DNA of 64,000 bases from the NCBI GenBank assembly GCA_000092065.1, contig CP000594.1, one strand, 5' to 3'. The position numbers and the translations under genes are program-made. This stretch comes from Ostreococcus lucimarinus. Taxonomy: Eukaryota. Positions 1 through 9,643 of this stretch are shown here, in pieces. Within the stretch, counting starts at the first letter, position 1, and the number at the start of each line of letters is the position of its first letter. The notes beneath the pieces were generated by a model. The model was not told where the DNA came from. It ran no database searches and worked only from the letters and a program-made list of their open reading frames with translations.

Positions 1-26
1 CGGTCGGATCGCGCGTCGCGCGCGCG

Positions 27-956
27 ATGCCTCGCGGCGGCGCGTCGCGCGTCGCGGTGCTCGCGCTCATCGCGCTCGCGACGTCGGCCGCGCCGCGTCG
101 CGCGACCGCCGATCGCGCGCGCCTGCCGAGAGACGCGCGCGACGAACGATTGGACGACGACGACGCGCGATTGCGCGCCGAGGAGCACGTCGCGTACGCC
201 TCGGACGCGCGATCGCGCGTCGGACTGCGACGCGACGGCGCGGACGCGCGGCAGTGGATCGAGCGAATCTCGGAGTCGCCGCGGGCGTACGTGTACAGAA
301 ATTTCCTGACGCGCGAGGAGGCGGAGGCGACGATCGCGGCGGCGCGGCGGACGATGCGACGGAGCGAGGTGGTGAACGAGGCGGACGGAACGTCGAAGAC
401 GAGCGATGAGAGAACGTCGAGCGGGGGGTGGGTGAGCGGGGAGGATTCGGAGGTGATGGCGAACATCGAACGACGGGTCGCGGCGTGGACGATGCTGCCG
501 AGAAATCGAGGCGAGACGACGCAGGTGATGCGGTACGAGGCGGGGCAGGAGTACGCGGCGCACGATGATTACTTTCACGATGAAGTGAACGTGAAGAATG
601 GTGGACAGCGCGCGGCGACGGTGTTGATGTATCTGAGCGACGTCGAGGAGGGGGGGGAGACGGTGTTTCCGCGAGGGACGCCGCTGGGGGGGGCGGCGCC
701 GGAGAAGAGCGGAGTGACGCAAGGAAACGCGTGCGAACGCGCGTTGAGGGGAGACCCGAACGTCTTAGCTGTGAAACCGCGACGCGGAGACGCGCTGCTG
801 TTCTTCAACGTGCATTTGAACGGCGAAGTCGACGAGCGCGCGCGACACGCCGGGTGCCCGGTGGTGCGCGGGACGAAGTGGACGGCGACTCGCTGGCAGC
901 ACGTCGGCGCGCTCAATATCGGGAGTTTTGCGCGCACGGATTCGCAGACGACCTAG
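27..956 (+). CDS. prolyl 4-hydroxylase alpha-subunit-like 2OG-Fe(II) oxygenase with N-terminal signal peptide
   Basis: N-terminus MPRGGASRVAVLALIALATSAAP is signal-peptide-like. The P4Hc core has the HxD...H iron triad (HDDYF ... RHAGCPVVRGTKWTATRW) and a 2OG-binding RxS/T-like motif. The gene is bounded by an AT-rich 3' spacer. Confidence 0.8.
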   Translation: MPRGGASRVAVLALIALATSAAPRRATADRARLPRDARDERLDDDDARLRAEEHVAYASDARSRVGLRRDGADARQWIERISESPRAYVYRNFLTREEAEATIAAARRTMRRSEVVNEADGTSKTSDERTSSGGWVSGEDSEVMANIERRVAAWTMLPRNRGETTQVMRYEAGQEYAAHDDYFHDEVNVKNGGQRAATVLMYLSDVEEGGETVFPRGTPLGGAAPEKSGVTQGNACERALRGDPNVLAVKPRRGDALLFFNVHLNGEVDERARHAGCPVVRGTKWTATRWQHVGALNIGSFARTDSQTT

Positions 957-1053
957 CGTAGTACACGAGTAAAAGATTGTTTTCATAAAACGGACTAGAC
1001 GCGCGCGCGTCGCGATTTATCTACTACGTCTCGCGACGACGACGTTGGCTCGC

Positions 1054-3282
1054 TCAAAGTCGTCGCTCGAATTGGGCGAGTGTCGTGAACTCTTTCTTGT
1101 TGCTGGCTATGGTCATCTCTTCGATGACGGCCGCGCGCTCTTGACGTCGCGCGAGCGCGATGCGCGCGTCCGTGATGCGCGCGAGTAATTCGCGATGAAC
1201 TTCCTCCACGGCGTCGAGTTGACCAAAACTCAAGTGTTCGAGATCGATGCCGAGAACGTGTCCGCAGCCGACGCCCGAAGCGCACGCCTCGAGATGCACG
1301 GCTTCCATTCGTCTCGACGCGCGAGCGACCCAACCTAAGGCATCCCAGTCCGCATCTATGTCCGTGGTGAAGATTTCTCGATCCCAATCGGGCATAGTCG
1401 CGGCGGCTGATCGCGGCGGCGGCGAAGGCGCCCCGACAGAGGAGTGCACGGCTTGCGGGATGTGGGACCAAATCGACCCATCGCCTCGCCATTGATTTAA
1501 TCTCGACTTACTCTGGTGTAGTTCTTCCTGGGATTCTCGCTGTTGCTCTGATTGCTGCTGCGCCGGCATGACCATCTCGTGATGCTGCATGAGCTGCTTT
1601 GGAACATCCACGGACGCCCAAGCGGGCTCTTCTTCCTCGGCGACGCGACCACTATGTTGCTCTATGGGCGCCTCGGGCGCCGTGGATTGACTATAAGCGC
1701 CATTTCGATCCAGTATTGATCCAGGTTGCGCGGATGCTTTATCCGCGTCGACTTGCCGCTTTCGCGCATTTCTTTCGGGCATATCATCCTTCGGTTTTGT
1801 CCCCGCCTTCGTTCTCCCGCTGCGTTTGCGTCGCAAAACGGTGGCGGCTGAAGGTGTGTCCTCGTCTTCAACGTCTTCCTTTGCGCTCGCAAACGGACTA
1901 TGCTCCACGGCATAATCCACCAGCTGTCGAGGAATGATTTCATCAGCCAAATCAAGCGCCGTTTGAGTCGTGCCCGTCGAAGTCTCGTCCGAAGCTTCGC
2001 GTCCGTTGAGCACCGACGGTGGACTCTCGCTGTTATCATCTTTCGCCATTTTGCTAGGAGTGGCCGATTCCGGCTCCGGCTCCGGTTCCGGCTTCGGTTC
2101 CGGTTCCGGCTTCGGTTCCGGTTCCGGCTCCGGCTTCGGTTCCGGTTCCGGCTCCGGCTCCGGTTCCGGTTCCGGCTTCGGTTCCGGTTCCGGCTTCGGT
2201 TCCGGTTCCGGTTCCGGCTTCGGTTCCGGTTCCGGTTCCGGCTTCGGTTCCGGTTCCGGCTTCGGTTCCGGTTCCGGCTCCGGTTCCGGTTCCTTCACAT
2301 TGTCCGGCTTGTCCTCCTTCTCCGGTTCCGACTCTGACCCTTCTTGGGCTTCCTCGGCTCCTTCTTCCGTCGCAAGCTTTTTCCTCTGACTTCCAGTGAG
2401 CTTTTTCTGTTTCTTCTTCTTTTTCTTCGGCTCATCGTCGAACAACGCCAGAGACTTGTCAAAGGTCGACATCGTTTGCGCCTCCATCGCGCTATCGAGC
2501 AAATCGACAATCGCAGTGTGGCCGCGCGACTTTGCCACGTCGCTCGCCGTATCGATCGTCCGTTTCGAACGCGACGAAGGCGTCCTGAACGGATTGAGCT
2601 TCTTTCCGCCGCGAGAACCGCCCTTCGAACAGGCATCGTCCCACTCCTTAGCCTTTCGTTCCATCTCGAATGAAATTCTGTCAAACGGACTGGCGCCGTG
2701 CTTTAACAAAAGCTTGACCACGTCCAGCGTACCAGCTCGAGCGGCGTGGTATAACGGAAAGCACGCATTACAATCCGACACAAATCCATTCTTCGTGAAC
2801 CGTCCATCCTCCAACAATATTTCCATGCACTCTTTTCCCGAGGTGTACGCCCCCAAATCCTTGTCGCGTTCGAAATCCTTGTCCAAAACTTTCAACGTCG
2901 CGTCATCGACGGCCGCCACCGCGCGCTCTCGCGCGTCGCAAGTCGAGATCAGTAAGTTCACCGGATCTTTACCGAGAAGATTCAACACGTGCTGATCGGC
3001 ACCGTGCTTTAACAGCCATCGCACCGATTTCGGCGACCCCGTCGCGCACGCCGCGTGCAAGGGCGAGTTGAGCGCATCATTCGGCGCCGATAAGAACGCC
3101 CGCAGCACCTGCTCCTCGTCGCATCGCTGAAACTCACTCGACGCACCGTCTCGCCTCGCTATTTCGCGAAACGGCCCCATGAAATTAAACTGTTCGTCGT
3201 GAAACATCACCAACCGCGCGACGAAGCGCAACCCGTCCAACAGCGCGTCCAGCATCTCCACGTCCCCGTTCGCCGCCGCCAC
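1054..3282 (-). CDS. ankyrin-repeat protein with a central low-complexity (PEPEPK)n tract and K/E-rich linker
   Basis: The N-terminal half has ANK-like repeats ([49 protein letters not shown]). The middle is an 18-bp tandem repeat coding [12 protein letters not shown]. The C-terminal region is non-repetitive. Confidence 0.55.
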   Translation of the reverse strand: MAAANGDVEMLDALLDGLRFVARLVMFHDEQFNFMGPFREIARRDGASSEFQRCDEEQVLRAFLSAPNDALNSPLHAACATGSPKSVRWLLKHGADQHVLNLLGKDPVNLLISTCDARERAVAAVDDATLKVLDKDFERDKDLGAYTSGKECMEILLEDGRFTKNGFVSDCNACFPLYHAARAGTLDVVKLLLKHGASPFDRISFEMERKAKEWDDACSKGGSRGGKKLNPFRTPSSRSKRTIDTASDVAKSRGHTAIVDLLDSAMEAQTMSTFDKSLALFDDEPKKKKKKQKKLTGSQRKKLATEEGAEEAQEGSESEPEKEDKPDNVKEPEPEPEPEPKPEPEPKPEPEPEPKPEPEPEPKPEPEPKPEPEPEPEPEPEPKPEPEPEPKPEPEPKPEPEPEPESATPSKMAKDDNSESPPSVLNGREASDETSTGTTQTALDLADEIIPRQLVDYAVEHSPFASAKEDVEDEDTPSAATVLRRKRSGRTKAGTKPKDDMPERNARKRQVDADKASAQPGSILDRNGAYSQSTAPEAPIEQHSGRVAEEEEPAWASVDVPKQLMQHHEMVMPAQQQSEQQRESQEELHQSKSRLNQWRGDGSIWSHIPQAVHSSVGAPSPPPRSAAATMPDWDREIFTTDIDADWDALGWVARASRRMEAVHLEACASGVGCGHVLGIDLEHLSFGQLDAVEEVHRELLARITDARIALARRQERAAVIEEMTIASNKKEFTTLAQFERRL
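2060..2296. repeat. 18-bp tandem repeat (ccggttccggttccggcttcgg family), ~13 units, coding (PEPEPK)n on the minus strand
   Basis: Directly visible periodic ggttcc/ggctcc/ggcttc units. They create open frames on both strands (ORFs 1900..2337 and 1970..2389 on + are artefacts of the repeat). Confidence 0.85.
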
Positions 3283-3847
3283 TGTTCACCGCGCGCGCGC
3301 GCGCGTCAGTCTCGCGCATCTCACCCTTCGCGCCCCCTCACCGCGCCCTCGCCGCGTCTTCGCGTCTTCGCTCTTCGAGTCTTCGCGTCGCGTCGCCTCG
3401 CCGCCGCACCGTGCACCGCCGTATCGCGCGTGTTCCTCCGCTCCCCGAACATCAACCACCTGACGCACTCGTTCCCATCTCTCAGCATCTCCTTCGCCGC
3501 GCTCGCGTCCCCCCGTTCGCACGCCCCCAGGAGTCCGCCGCTTTCGTCGTCGACGTCCGCGCTCGCGCGTTCGGCGCTCAGCGGATCCACCTCGGCAAAG
3601 TACCCGCGTATGCCGTCGACAAGGTGTCGCGCCCACGACACCGCGCGCGGGTCCTCGCTCGCCGCGCCGTCGCGCGCGATCGCGCCGCGCGTCGGCATGA
3701 CTCGCGGCGTCGCGACGCGCGTCGCGACGTGGCGCGATTCGCGACCGACGATTCGCGCGACGGCCCGATCGCGATCGATCGATCGCGCGATCGCGTCGAA
3801 CCTCGACGCGAGGTTCGACGCGACGACAACTCTGTCGATCGCGATCG

Positions 3848-6826
3848 ATGACGCGGCGGCGCGACGCGCGCGCGAAGAAGCGCGACGTCGCGACGCGCGA
3901 CGCGAGCGCGATGCGCGCGGAATCGCGCGCGCGACTGACGGCGGACGACGTCGTCGTCGTCGTCGGCGGCGGCGTCGCCGGGCTCGCGCTCGCGTCGTCG
4001 CTCGCGAGGGCGAGGGACGGGACGCGCGGCGCGGCGGACGCGCCGACGTGCGTCGTGCTCGAGCGCGACGGCTCGAGGGAGGCGCGAAGGCAAGGGTACG
4101 GGGTGACGCTGAGCGAGACGAACGCCGCGCTCGCGGGGCTGGGCGTGGGAGAGGCGCTGCGAGCGCGGTCGTGCGCGTCGAGCGCGCACTGGACGTTTGC
4201 GGCGAGCGGACGCGTGCTGGGGTACTACGGAAACGCGTTCGCGGCGACGGCGGGGGGGAAAGGGGACGGGTCGAGCGCGGGGGGGGCGATGGGGAAGCGA
4301 CCGATGAATCTGCGCGTGCCTCGCGACGCGGTGCGGAAGATTTTGTTGGAGAAGATTCCCGAGGCGTGGATTCGGTGGGGGACGCGAGTGGTGGATTACG
4401 CGGAGGACGACGAAAAGGTGACGGTGACGCTGGACACCGGGGAGAAGATCGAGGGCGCGATATTGGTCGCGGCGGATGGCGTGCGATCGGGAACGCGGCG
4501 AGCGCCCGGCGCGGGCGCGGATTTGAAGTCTGGGGAGCTGCGCTACCTCGGCGTCGCGCTCGTGACGGGATTTACGGATTTAGACGACGCGTTGTTGCGC
4601 GGGCAAGGGTTTTATACCGTCGACGGGCGGTCGAGGATGTTCACGATGCCCTTCGAGGCGGCGAACGAAGCTAAGGGCACGCCGCCGCGAAGCATGTGGC
4701 AACTGAGCGTGCGCGTGGACGAGGAGGAGGCGCGCGGATTGGCAAACGCGCCTCGCGAAGACGTCAAGGCGTTCGTTTTAGAGCACACCAAAGGATGGCA
4801 CGATCCGGTGAGCGCGATGTTCGACAACACGGAGTGGGAAGACGCCTGGGCGGGGCCGCTGTACGACCGAGAGGAGCCGCCGACGAGCAAGGCGCGAGCG
4901 AAGGAGACGCCGCACTTGGTCATGCGTAGCTCGAGCTCTCGAGTGATTTGCATAGGCGACGCCGCGCACCCAATGTCGCCGTTTAAAGGTCAAGGCGCGA
5001 ACACGGCGCTTTTCGATGCGTGGGCACTGTCAAAATGGTTACGCAAGGCGCCGCCTCAGACCGCGTTGGCGTGCTTCTACCGCGAGATGGTAGCTCGAGC
5101 GTTCGTGAAAGTGCGCGCCAGTCGAGAAGCGTGTGAAACGTTTCATAGTCCTAGCATACTCACCGAACGCATCCCAGAGTTTGCTGGGATCGATCCGAAA
5201 AAAATCAAGCTCGTGCTCGACACGCTGAACGAGCGAGGCATCGCGGCTTCGATGTGCGACGATCTAGAACCGGCGGTGCGACAGGTTGTCAACGAACTCG
5301 GCGCCGCAGAAGTCGTGAAACCGTACGCGGTGAAGAAAAAGTACGCCACGACGGCGTCCGAGGACGATCGCGGCTCGGAAACTGGATCCACGGCAAGCGA
5401 TGCGACAAATGCGTCTTTGGCGTCTTTTGCCTCGTCGGCTCTGTGCGGCGCGTTGAGCGAGAGCGTCGCCGACGCCGTAGCTTTGGCGTTATCGCGTTCT
5501 AATCAGCCTCCACTCACGACTGCTGAGCGTGAAATTGTCGGGAAATGTCGAGTGAGCGTCAATGGGCGCCGTCCCGCGAACAATTACGCGAGCAGTGCGC
5601 CCATTCGATTACTGGCCGCGAGAGGCGTGGCGAGAGTCGTCAACGGCGAAGAGGCGAGATTCGCTCGTCAAATCGCAGACGTCATCAATGAACGACAAGC
5701 GGCCCGAAATCGCGAAGATACCGTCGATGCTATCGTTGATGATACCGAAGATGATTATTTCATCTCCGCCAGACCCATGTCTGATGGTAAAGTGTTGCTC
5801 ACGACGAAGAAGCACGACGAGGCGCTGACGTCGCTCGGGTTGAAGCAATGCGAAGGTTGTTTGAAGTACTACGCCGTGCACGGCGGTGGCCTGCGGCAAC
5901 ATTGGGAATCTGGAGGCGATAGTCCCGATTGCGCTTCCGCAGCGCAGCGCGCGATGTCGTGCGAGAACACAGAGACTGAATCCAGCGCGTGGCGCGGCTC
6001 AGGCGCGGGGAAACCCAAGGCGTGGCGCACGGGTGGCAACCGCAAAGAGCTTTCGCCTGGAATGTCGGCCGCGTCACGTGGAGATTTGCTCGGCATGCGT
6101 CGAGCGATCGTAGAAGATGGCTGGGACCCAGTAACGGAGAAGGATGCCTTCGGGAGCAGCGCTCTGATGTGGGCCGCGGGCGGCGGTCACGTGGAGGCGT
6201 GCGAATTTCTCGTCGACGAATGCGGAGTCGATCCCAATCACACCGGCCGCAAAGACGGTCGAGTGCCCTTGCACTGGGCCGCTCGTAACGGCGAACTCGA
6301 AGCGTGTCAGTGGCTGGTGAGTCGAGGCGCGAAACCAGGGGTGGCGTCGTATGACGGTGACTTTCCTTTTCATTTGGCGATTTGGAAGAATCATCGAAAC
6401 GTAGCGGAATGGTTCGCGTCCACGCCTGGCTTTGATTGCGGGACGACGAACAGATGGGGGTGCAACGCCGTGTTATGGGCGTGTACCACAGAAACCAATC
6501 AAGACGATGCGCTGAGCATGGTGAAATGGCTCGTCGAGGATCTGAAGGTGGACTTTTCTGTCGTCAACGTCAACGGCCACTCGGCGTTGCACAAGTGCGC
6601 GATTTACGGCCACGAAAGTGTGATCGATTACTTGCTTGAATCGAAGATTGAATCGACAAAACGGGCAAAATTCATCATACCGGATGATAGAAACCAAGCG
6701 CCGAGCGAGTTGGCGCGCGTGAATGGATTTTTAGAGCTCGAAGTCAAGCTTCGACACATGGAGGATGAGACGCTGCGACTTCCGGCGATCGTCGAACCGT
6801 CCAGAGATTCATTCATTCGTGCCTAG
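3848..6826 (+). CDS. FAD-dependent monooxygenase (FAD_binding_3 / UbiH-salicylate hydroxylase type) fused to C-terminal ankyrin repeats
   Basis: Dinucleotide-binding motif VVVVGGGVAGLALASSLA, ADGVRSGTRR (DG motif) and ICIGDAAHPMSPFKGQGANTALFDAWAL (GD..H...P..GQG.N fingerprint). The C-terminus has ANK repeats (SALMWAAGGGHVEACEFLV, PLHWAARNGELEACQWLVSRGA, ALHKCAIYGHESVIDYLL). The true start may be the internal Met MRAESRARL. Confidence 0.7.
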   Translation: MTRRRDARAKKRDVATRDASAMRAESRARLTADDVVVVVGGGVAGLALASSLARARDGTRGAADAPTCVVLERDGSREARRQGYGVTLSETNAALAGLGVGEALRARSCASSAHWTFAASGRVLGYYGNAFAATAGGKGDGSSAGGAMGKRPMNLRVPRDAVRKILLEKIPEAWIRWGTRVVDYAEDDEKVTVTLDTGEKIEGAILVAADGVRSGTRRAPGAGADLKSGELRYLGVALVTGFTDLDDALLRGQGFYTVDGRSRMFTMPFEAANEAKGTPPRSMWQLSVRVDEEEARGLANAPREDVKAFVLEHTKGWHDPVSAMFDNTEWEDAWAGPLYDREEPPTSKARAKETPHLVMRSSSSRVICIGDAAHPMSPFKGQGANTALFDAWALSKWLRKAPPQTALACFYREMVARAFVKVRASREACETFHSPSILTERIPEFAGIDPKKIKLVLDTLNERGIAASMCDDLEPAVRQVVNELGAAEVVKPYAVKKKYATTASEDDRGSETGSTASDATNASLASFASSALCGALSESVADAVALALSRSNQPPLTTAEREIVGKCRVSVNGRRPANNYASSAPIRLLAARGVARVVNGEEARFARQIADVINERQAARNREDTVDAIVDDTEDDYFISARPMSDGKVLLTTKKHDEALTSLGLKQCEGCLKYYAVHGGGLRQHWESGGDSPDCASAAQRAMSCENTETESSAWRGSGAGKPKAWRTGGNRKELSPGMSAASRGDLLGMRRAIVEDGWDPVTEKDAFGSSALMWAAGGGHVEACEFLVDECGVDPNHTGRKDGRVPLHWAARNGELEACQWLVSRGAKPGVASYDGDFPFHLAIWKNHRNVAEWFASTPGFDCGTTNRWGCNAVLWACTTETNQDDALSMVKWLVEDLKVDFSVVNVNGHSALHKCAIYGHESVIDYLLESKIESTKRAKFIIPDDRNQAPSELARVNGFLELEVKLRHMEDETLRLPAIVEPSRDSFIRA

Positions 6827-6869
6827 TATATTTTATTTATTAGTGATTCTTTGTTACACATTGTTGTTG

Positions 6870-9323
6870 TTAAAGCCACGGCGTATCATTTGCAGATAAC
6901 TCAATCTGGCGCTTAAGCCGCTCGAGCTGCGACTCCTCCTCTAATCGCTCGCGCTCGTCTTCCAATTCGACGAGTCGACGGATGCGATCGAGTTCGCCCG
7001 TAATCTCGTCGTCGGCTGACTTCTCAGCCCACCTTTCGATGAGTTTGTGCGCGCGCTCTGTTTGCTCCTTGCTCAAATCTTCAGCGCTTGTGACTTCCTC
7101 CACTCTCGTCGCTGCGGACTCGTTCTCTTCGTCGTTATCCTTGACGTCGCTCGCCGTCGCGGTCTTCTTTTGCGACGTCTCCGCGCCATCTTTTCCGATG
7201 TCGCTCACACTGCGGGAACGCTTCCGATCGAACGACGACGTCTTACCGACTGATGGCGAATCATCGTCAGCACCGCTACTTTCCGCGCTATGCTCGTGCA
7301 TCACCCTGGTGTGCTCGAGATGCGGCCGGTTTGGCGCCACGCCTCGCGTGCGAATTTTCGCCAATTCACCGACGAGCGTATCTCTTTCACCAACTAATGA
7401 TGCCACCATCGCGCGCAAATAGTACGCATACGAGCACACAACGTAAAACAACAACGCCGAGGATGAAAAGAACCACGAAAACGCGGGGAACATGTCCGCA
7501 ATGACGCGGAGCAGGGACGAGTTGGAGTGATACGACGGCACGTACGCGGGCTTCCCGATTTGGTACCTGCACTCATTCGCCACATCCACGGTTTGCGTCA
7601 ACGAGCGCTGCGCCGCCAACAAGTGCGTCTTAGTCTTGGTCAACTTCGACTTCGTATCCGCGGCGTCTTTCTCCGCACTCTCGGCGCGCGCCGTCGCGAT
7701 GTCTTTGGCGGCTTTGAGCTTCAACGCTTGCGCCGACGTGGACTCGCAATACGTCGCTCGCGTCGTCATCTTTTGTAACGACTCTTGTAACTGCGCCACA
7801 GTCATCGCTGACGAACCTAAGCGATTGAATCGGTCTTCGGCTAACTTTTGTGCGCTCTGCGCCGCGGCGACGTCGGCTTTAGCCTTGGTGAGTTTCACCT
7901 CTAAATCGGCAACTTGGACGACGGAATCTGAAACCTTGGCCTCCGCGGAAGCGATTGCGGCGTTTTGACTCGCGTCGGGCACGCCGCCACCGAACGTACG
8001 ACACGCCTCTAATTCTCTTCGCTGCATCGCCGACGCACGCGCTAAAATCGTCACGTTTCGTTGCGCCTCGGAGAGATGCTGGCGCACGACGGAGGTCGCC
8101 CCGGCGCCGACAAAGGAAGGCGAGACGCCAGTCAAGATGGACGCGAGCGCGATGGCGCCGAAAATCGCCAACAGTACGACGACTATAATGATGGTCGACA
8201 TGTGCTGCGACGATGACGATGACGTTCGCGGCGACGGCTGCGAGACCGCGCTCGCAACCGGCGTCATCGTCGTGGCGTCCACCAGCTTCGTCGTCTTCGT
8301 CTTCGTCATCTTCTTCGCATCGGCACTCTTCTTCGTCACGACTACCGTTTCCTCCGCTTCATTTTCTCCGGACTCGCGCACGACGACTTTCCGTCGTCGA
8401 ACTTGCGCGCGCTGCGTTTGAGGCGCGGACGTCGTTGTCGTGGACGTCGTCGACGTCCCCGACGTCGTTCGTTCGACCATCACCGCGGCTTCAATCTCTT
8501 CCACGACGTGTGACACCGGCATCGGCACCGCCGCGGGGTCAGCCTTGGTCCACAATCTGCTCTTCATGTCGCCCACGCTCACGGTGGCGTGTCGTTCCCT
8601 GCGGCGAACCGCCGCCGCCTTGGTCGGCGCCGCGCTCGGCTCCGCCGCCGCCGCGGGTTCCACCGCGCGCTTCCGTCCCCCTCGCGCCTCAACGCTCTCC
8701 TCCGTCGCCTGTCGCCAATGCCTCAAGAACTTCTTCGCCCGCCACACCAAATACTTGTGAATCACGTCGCGTCTCGCCTCCCTCGTCCGTCGCACGCTCG
8801 CCTTCCACTCCCTCAGCGTCCTCAACTTTTTCGCGTGTTCCCGCTGCGCCCTCGATCGCTCCAGCGTCATCTCCCGTCGTTTCGCGTTAAACTTCGTGAT
8901 TCGCGCCCACGCGATCAGCGTTCGCGCGCTCGTTCGTCGCGACCGATCCCGCCACAGCGCCGTCGCGCGCGCGTTCGTCTCCCTTCGTCGTCTCGTCACG
9001 TGCGTCCACCCGCTCCACGCCAACCGCGCGATCGTCGAGCTCGCCATCGCCTCTTCGATCGTTTTCGCCGCGTTTCGCCGCGTCGTCCCGACGTCCGCGA
9101 TCGGCGCGTCGTCGTTCATCGCGTCGCGCGACATCGCGATTCGATTCGATTCGTCGTCCGTCAACAGTACGCGCGTCGCGCGGTCGACGAATTCGCGTTG
9201 GACGCGCGTCGGGCGCGCCGATGCGCGTCCTCGATCGTCGAGTCCGTCGACGGCGAACCCGACGCGCGGTCGAGTCGCGCGGTCGAGTCGCGGCGCGCTG
9301 CGGCGCGCCGACGATCGATGCAT
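6870..9323 (-). CDS. hypothetical membrane/coiled-coil protein (two TM segments, IQ-like basic region, acidic coiled-coil C-terminus)
   Basis: Long non-repetitive ORF. The ORF-track start at 9560 is an antisense translation of the tRNA at 9504..9575 and was trimmed to the next Met (cat at 9321..9323). Predicted TM segments are IIIVVVLLAIFGAIALASILTGV and FSWFFSSSALLFYVVCSYAYYL. The start site is uncertain. Confidence 0.4.
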   Translation of the reverse strand: MHRSSARRSAPRLDRATRPRVGFAVDGLDDRGRASARPTRVQREFVDRATRVLLTDDESNRIAMSRDAMNDDAPIADVGTTRRNAAKTIEEAMASSTIARLAWSGWTHVTRRRRETNARATALWRDRSRRTSARTLIAWARITKFNAKRREMTLERSRAQREHAKKLRTLREWKASVRRTREARRDVIHKYLVWRAKKFLRHWRQATEESVEARGGRKRAVEPAAAAEPSAAPTKAAAVRRRERHATVSVGDMKSRLWTKADPAAVPMPVSHVVEEIEAAVMVERTTSGTSTTSTTTTSAPQTQRAQVRRRKVVVRESGENEAEETVVVTKKSADAKKMTKTKTTKLVDATTMTPVASAVSQPSPRTSSSSSQHMSTIIIVVVLLAIFGAIALASILTGVSPSFVGAGATSVVRQHLSEAQRNVTILARASAMQRRELEACRTFGGGVPDASQNAAIASAEAKVSDSVVQVADLEVKLTKAKADVAAAQSAQKLAEDRFNRLGSSAMTVAQLQESLQKMTTRATYCESTSAQALKLKAAKDIATARAESAEKDAADTKSKLTKTKTHLLAAQRSLTQTVDVANECRYQIGKPAYVPSYHSNSSLLRVIADMFPAFSWFFSSSALLFYVVCSYAYYLRAMVASLVGERDTLVGELAKIRTRGVAPNRPHLEHTRVMHEHSAESSGADDDSPSVGKTSSFDRKRSRSVSDIGKDGAETSQKKTATASDVKDNDEENESAATRVEEVTSAEDLSKEQTERAHKLIERWAEKSADDEITGELDRIRRLVELEDERERLEEESQLERLKRQIELSANDTPWL

Positions 9324-9503
9324 TCGATCCCCCGCGCGCGATCGATAGAACCCGTAACTCGGCGCGATCGCGCGAGCGGGGACGCTCGGCTGGAGATTTA
9401 TCGACAATTTACCTCGTGTGCGACCGTATACGGGCGCGTAAGACGCGGATGTGCGATCGTCGATTTTCGGCGATCGGGACAGACCGCACCACTCGGAGCG
9501 AAC

Positions 9504-9575
9504 GCTTCTATGGCCCAGTGGTAAGGCGTCCCCTTCGTAAGGGGAAGATCCTCGGTTCAATCCCGAGTAGGAGCA
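9504..9575 (+). tRNA. tRNA-Thr (anticodon CGU), eukaryotic type, no encoded CCA
   Basis: The cloverleaf was folded by hand. Acceptor GCTTCTA/TAGGAGC has 7 bp including one G-U. It has U8, D-arm GCC/GGC with AGTGGTAA loop, anticodon stem TCCCC/GGGGA, loop TTCGTAA (U33, CGT, A37), variable AGATC, T-stem CTCGG/CCGAG, T-loop TTCAATC and discriminator A. The cloverleaf matches the canonical eukaryotic tRNA-Thr-CGT fold. Confidence 0.85.
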
Positions 9576-9589
9576 AATCGTATATTAAA

Positions 9590-9596
9590 TTTTTTT
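9590..9596 (+). terminator. RNA polymerase III terminator (T7 run) 15 nt downstream of the tRNA
   Basis: The run tttttttt lies immediately 3' of the tRNA in an otherwise ~68% GC genome. It is embedded in a 70-bp AT-rich spacer (9576..9643) that also holds a TATA-like tatattaaa. Confidence 0.6.
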
Positions 9597-9643
9597 AGCC
9601 TATCATTTACAAATATTTTATTTATTTCATCTCACTGCGTCAC

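Noticed and set aside
3199-4674. 491-aa plus-strand ORF and overlapping minus-strand ORFs 3286..4189 in the spacer upstream of the monooxygenase gene
   Set aside because: Extreme Arg/Ala/Gly low-complexity (runs of [13 protein letters not shown]) with no domain. It overlaps the real FAD-monooxygenase CDS out of frame. This is a typical GC-rich read-through artefact.
9524-9560. N-terminal 12 codons of ORF 6870..9560 (MNRGSSPYEGDALPLGH)
   Set aside because: An exact antisense translation of the tRNA-Thr gene, so the CDS start was moved downstream to 9323.
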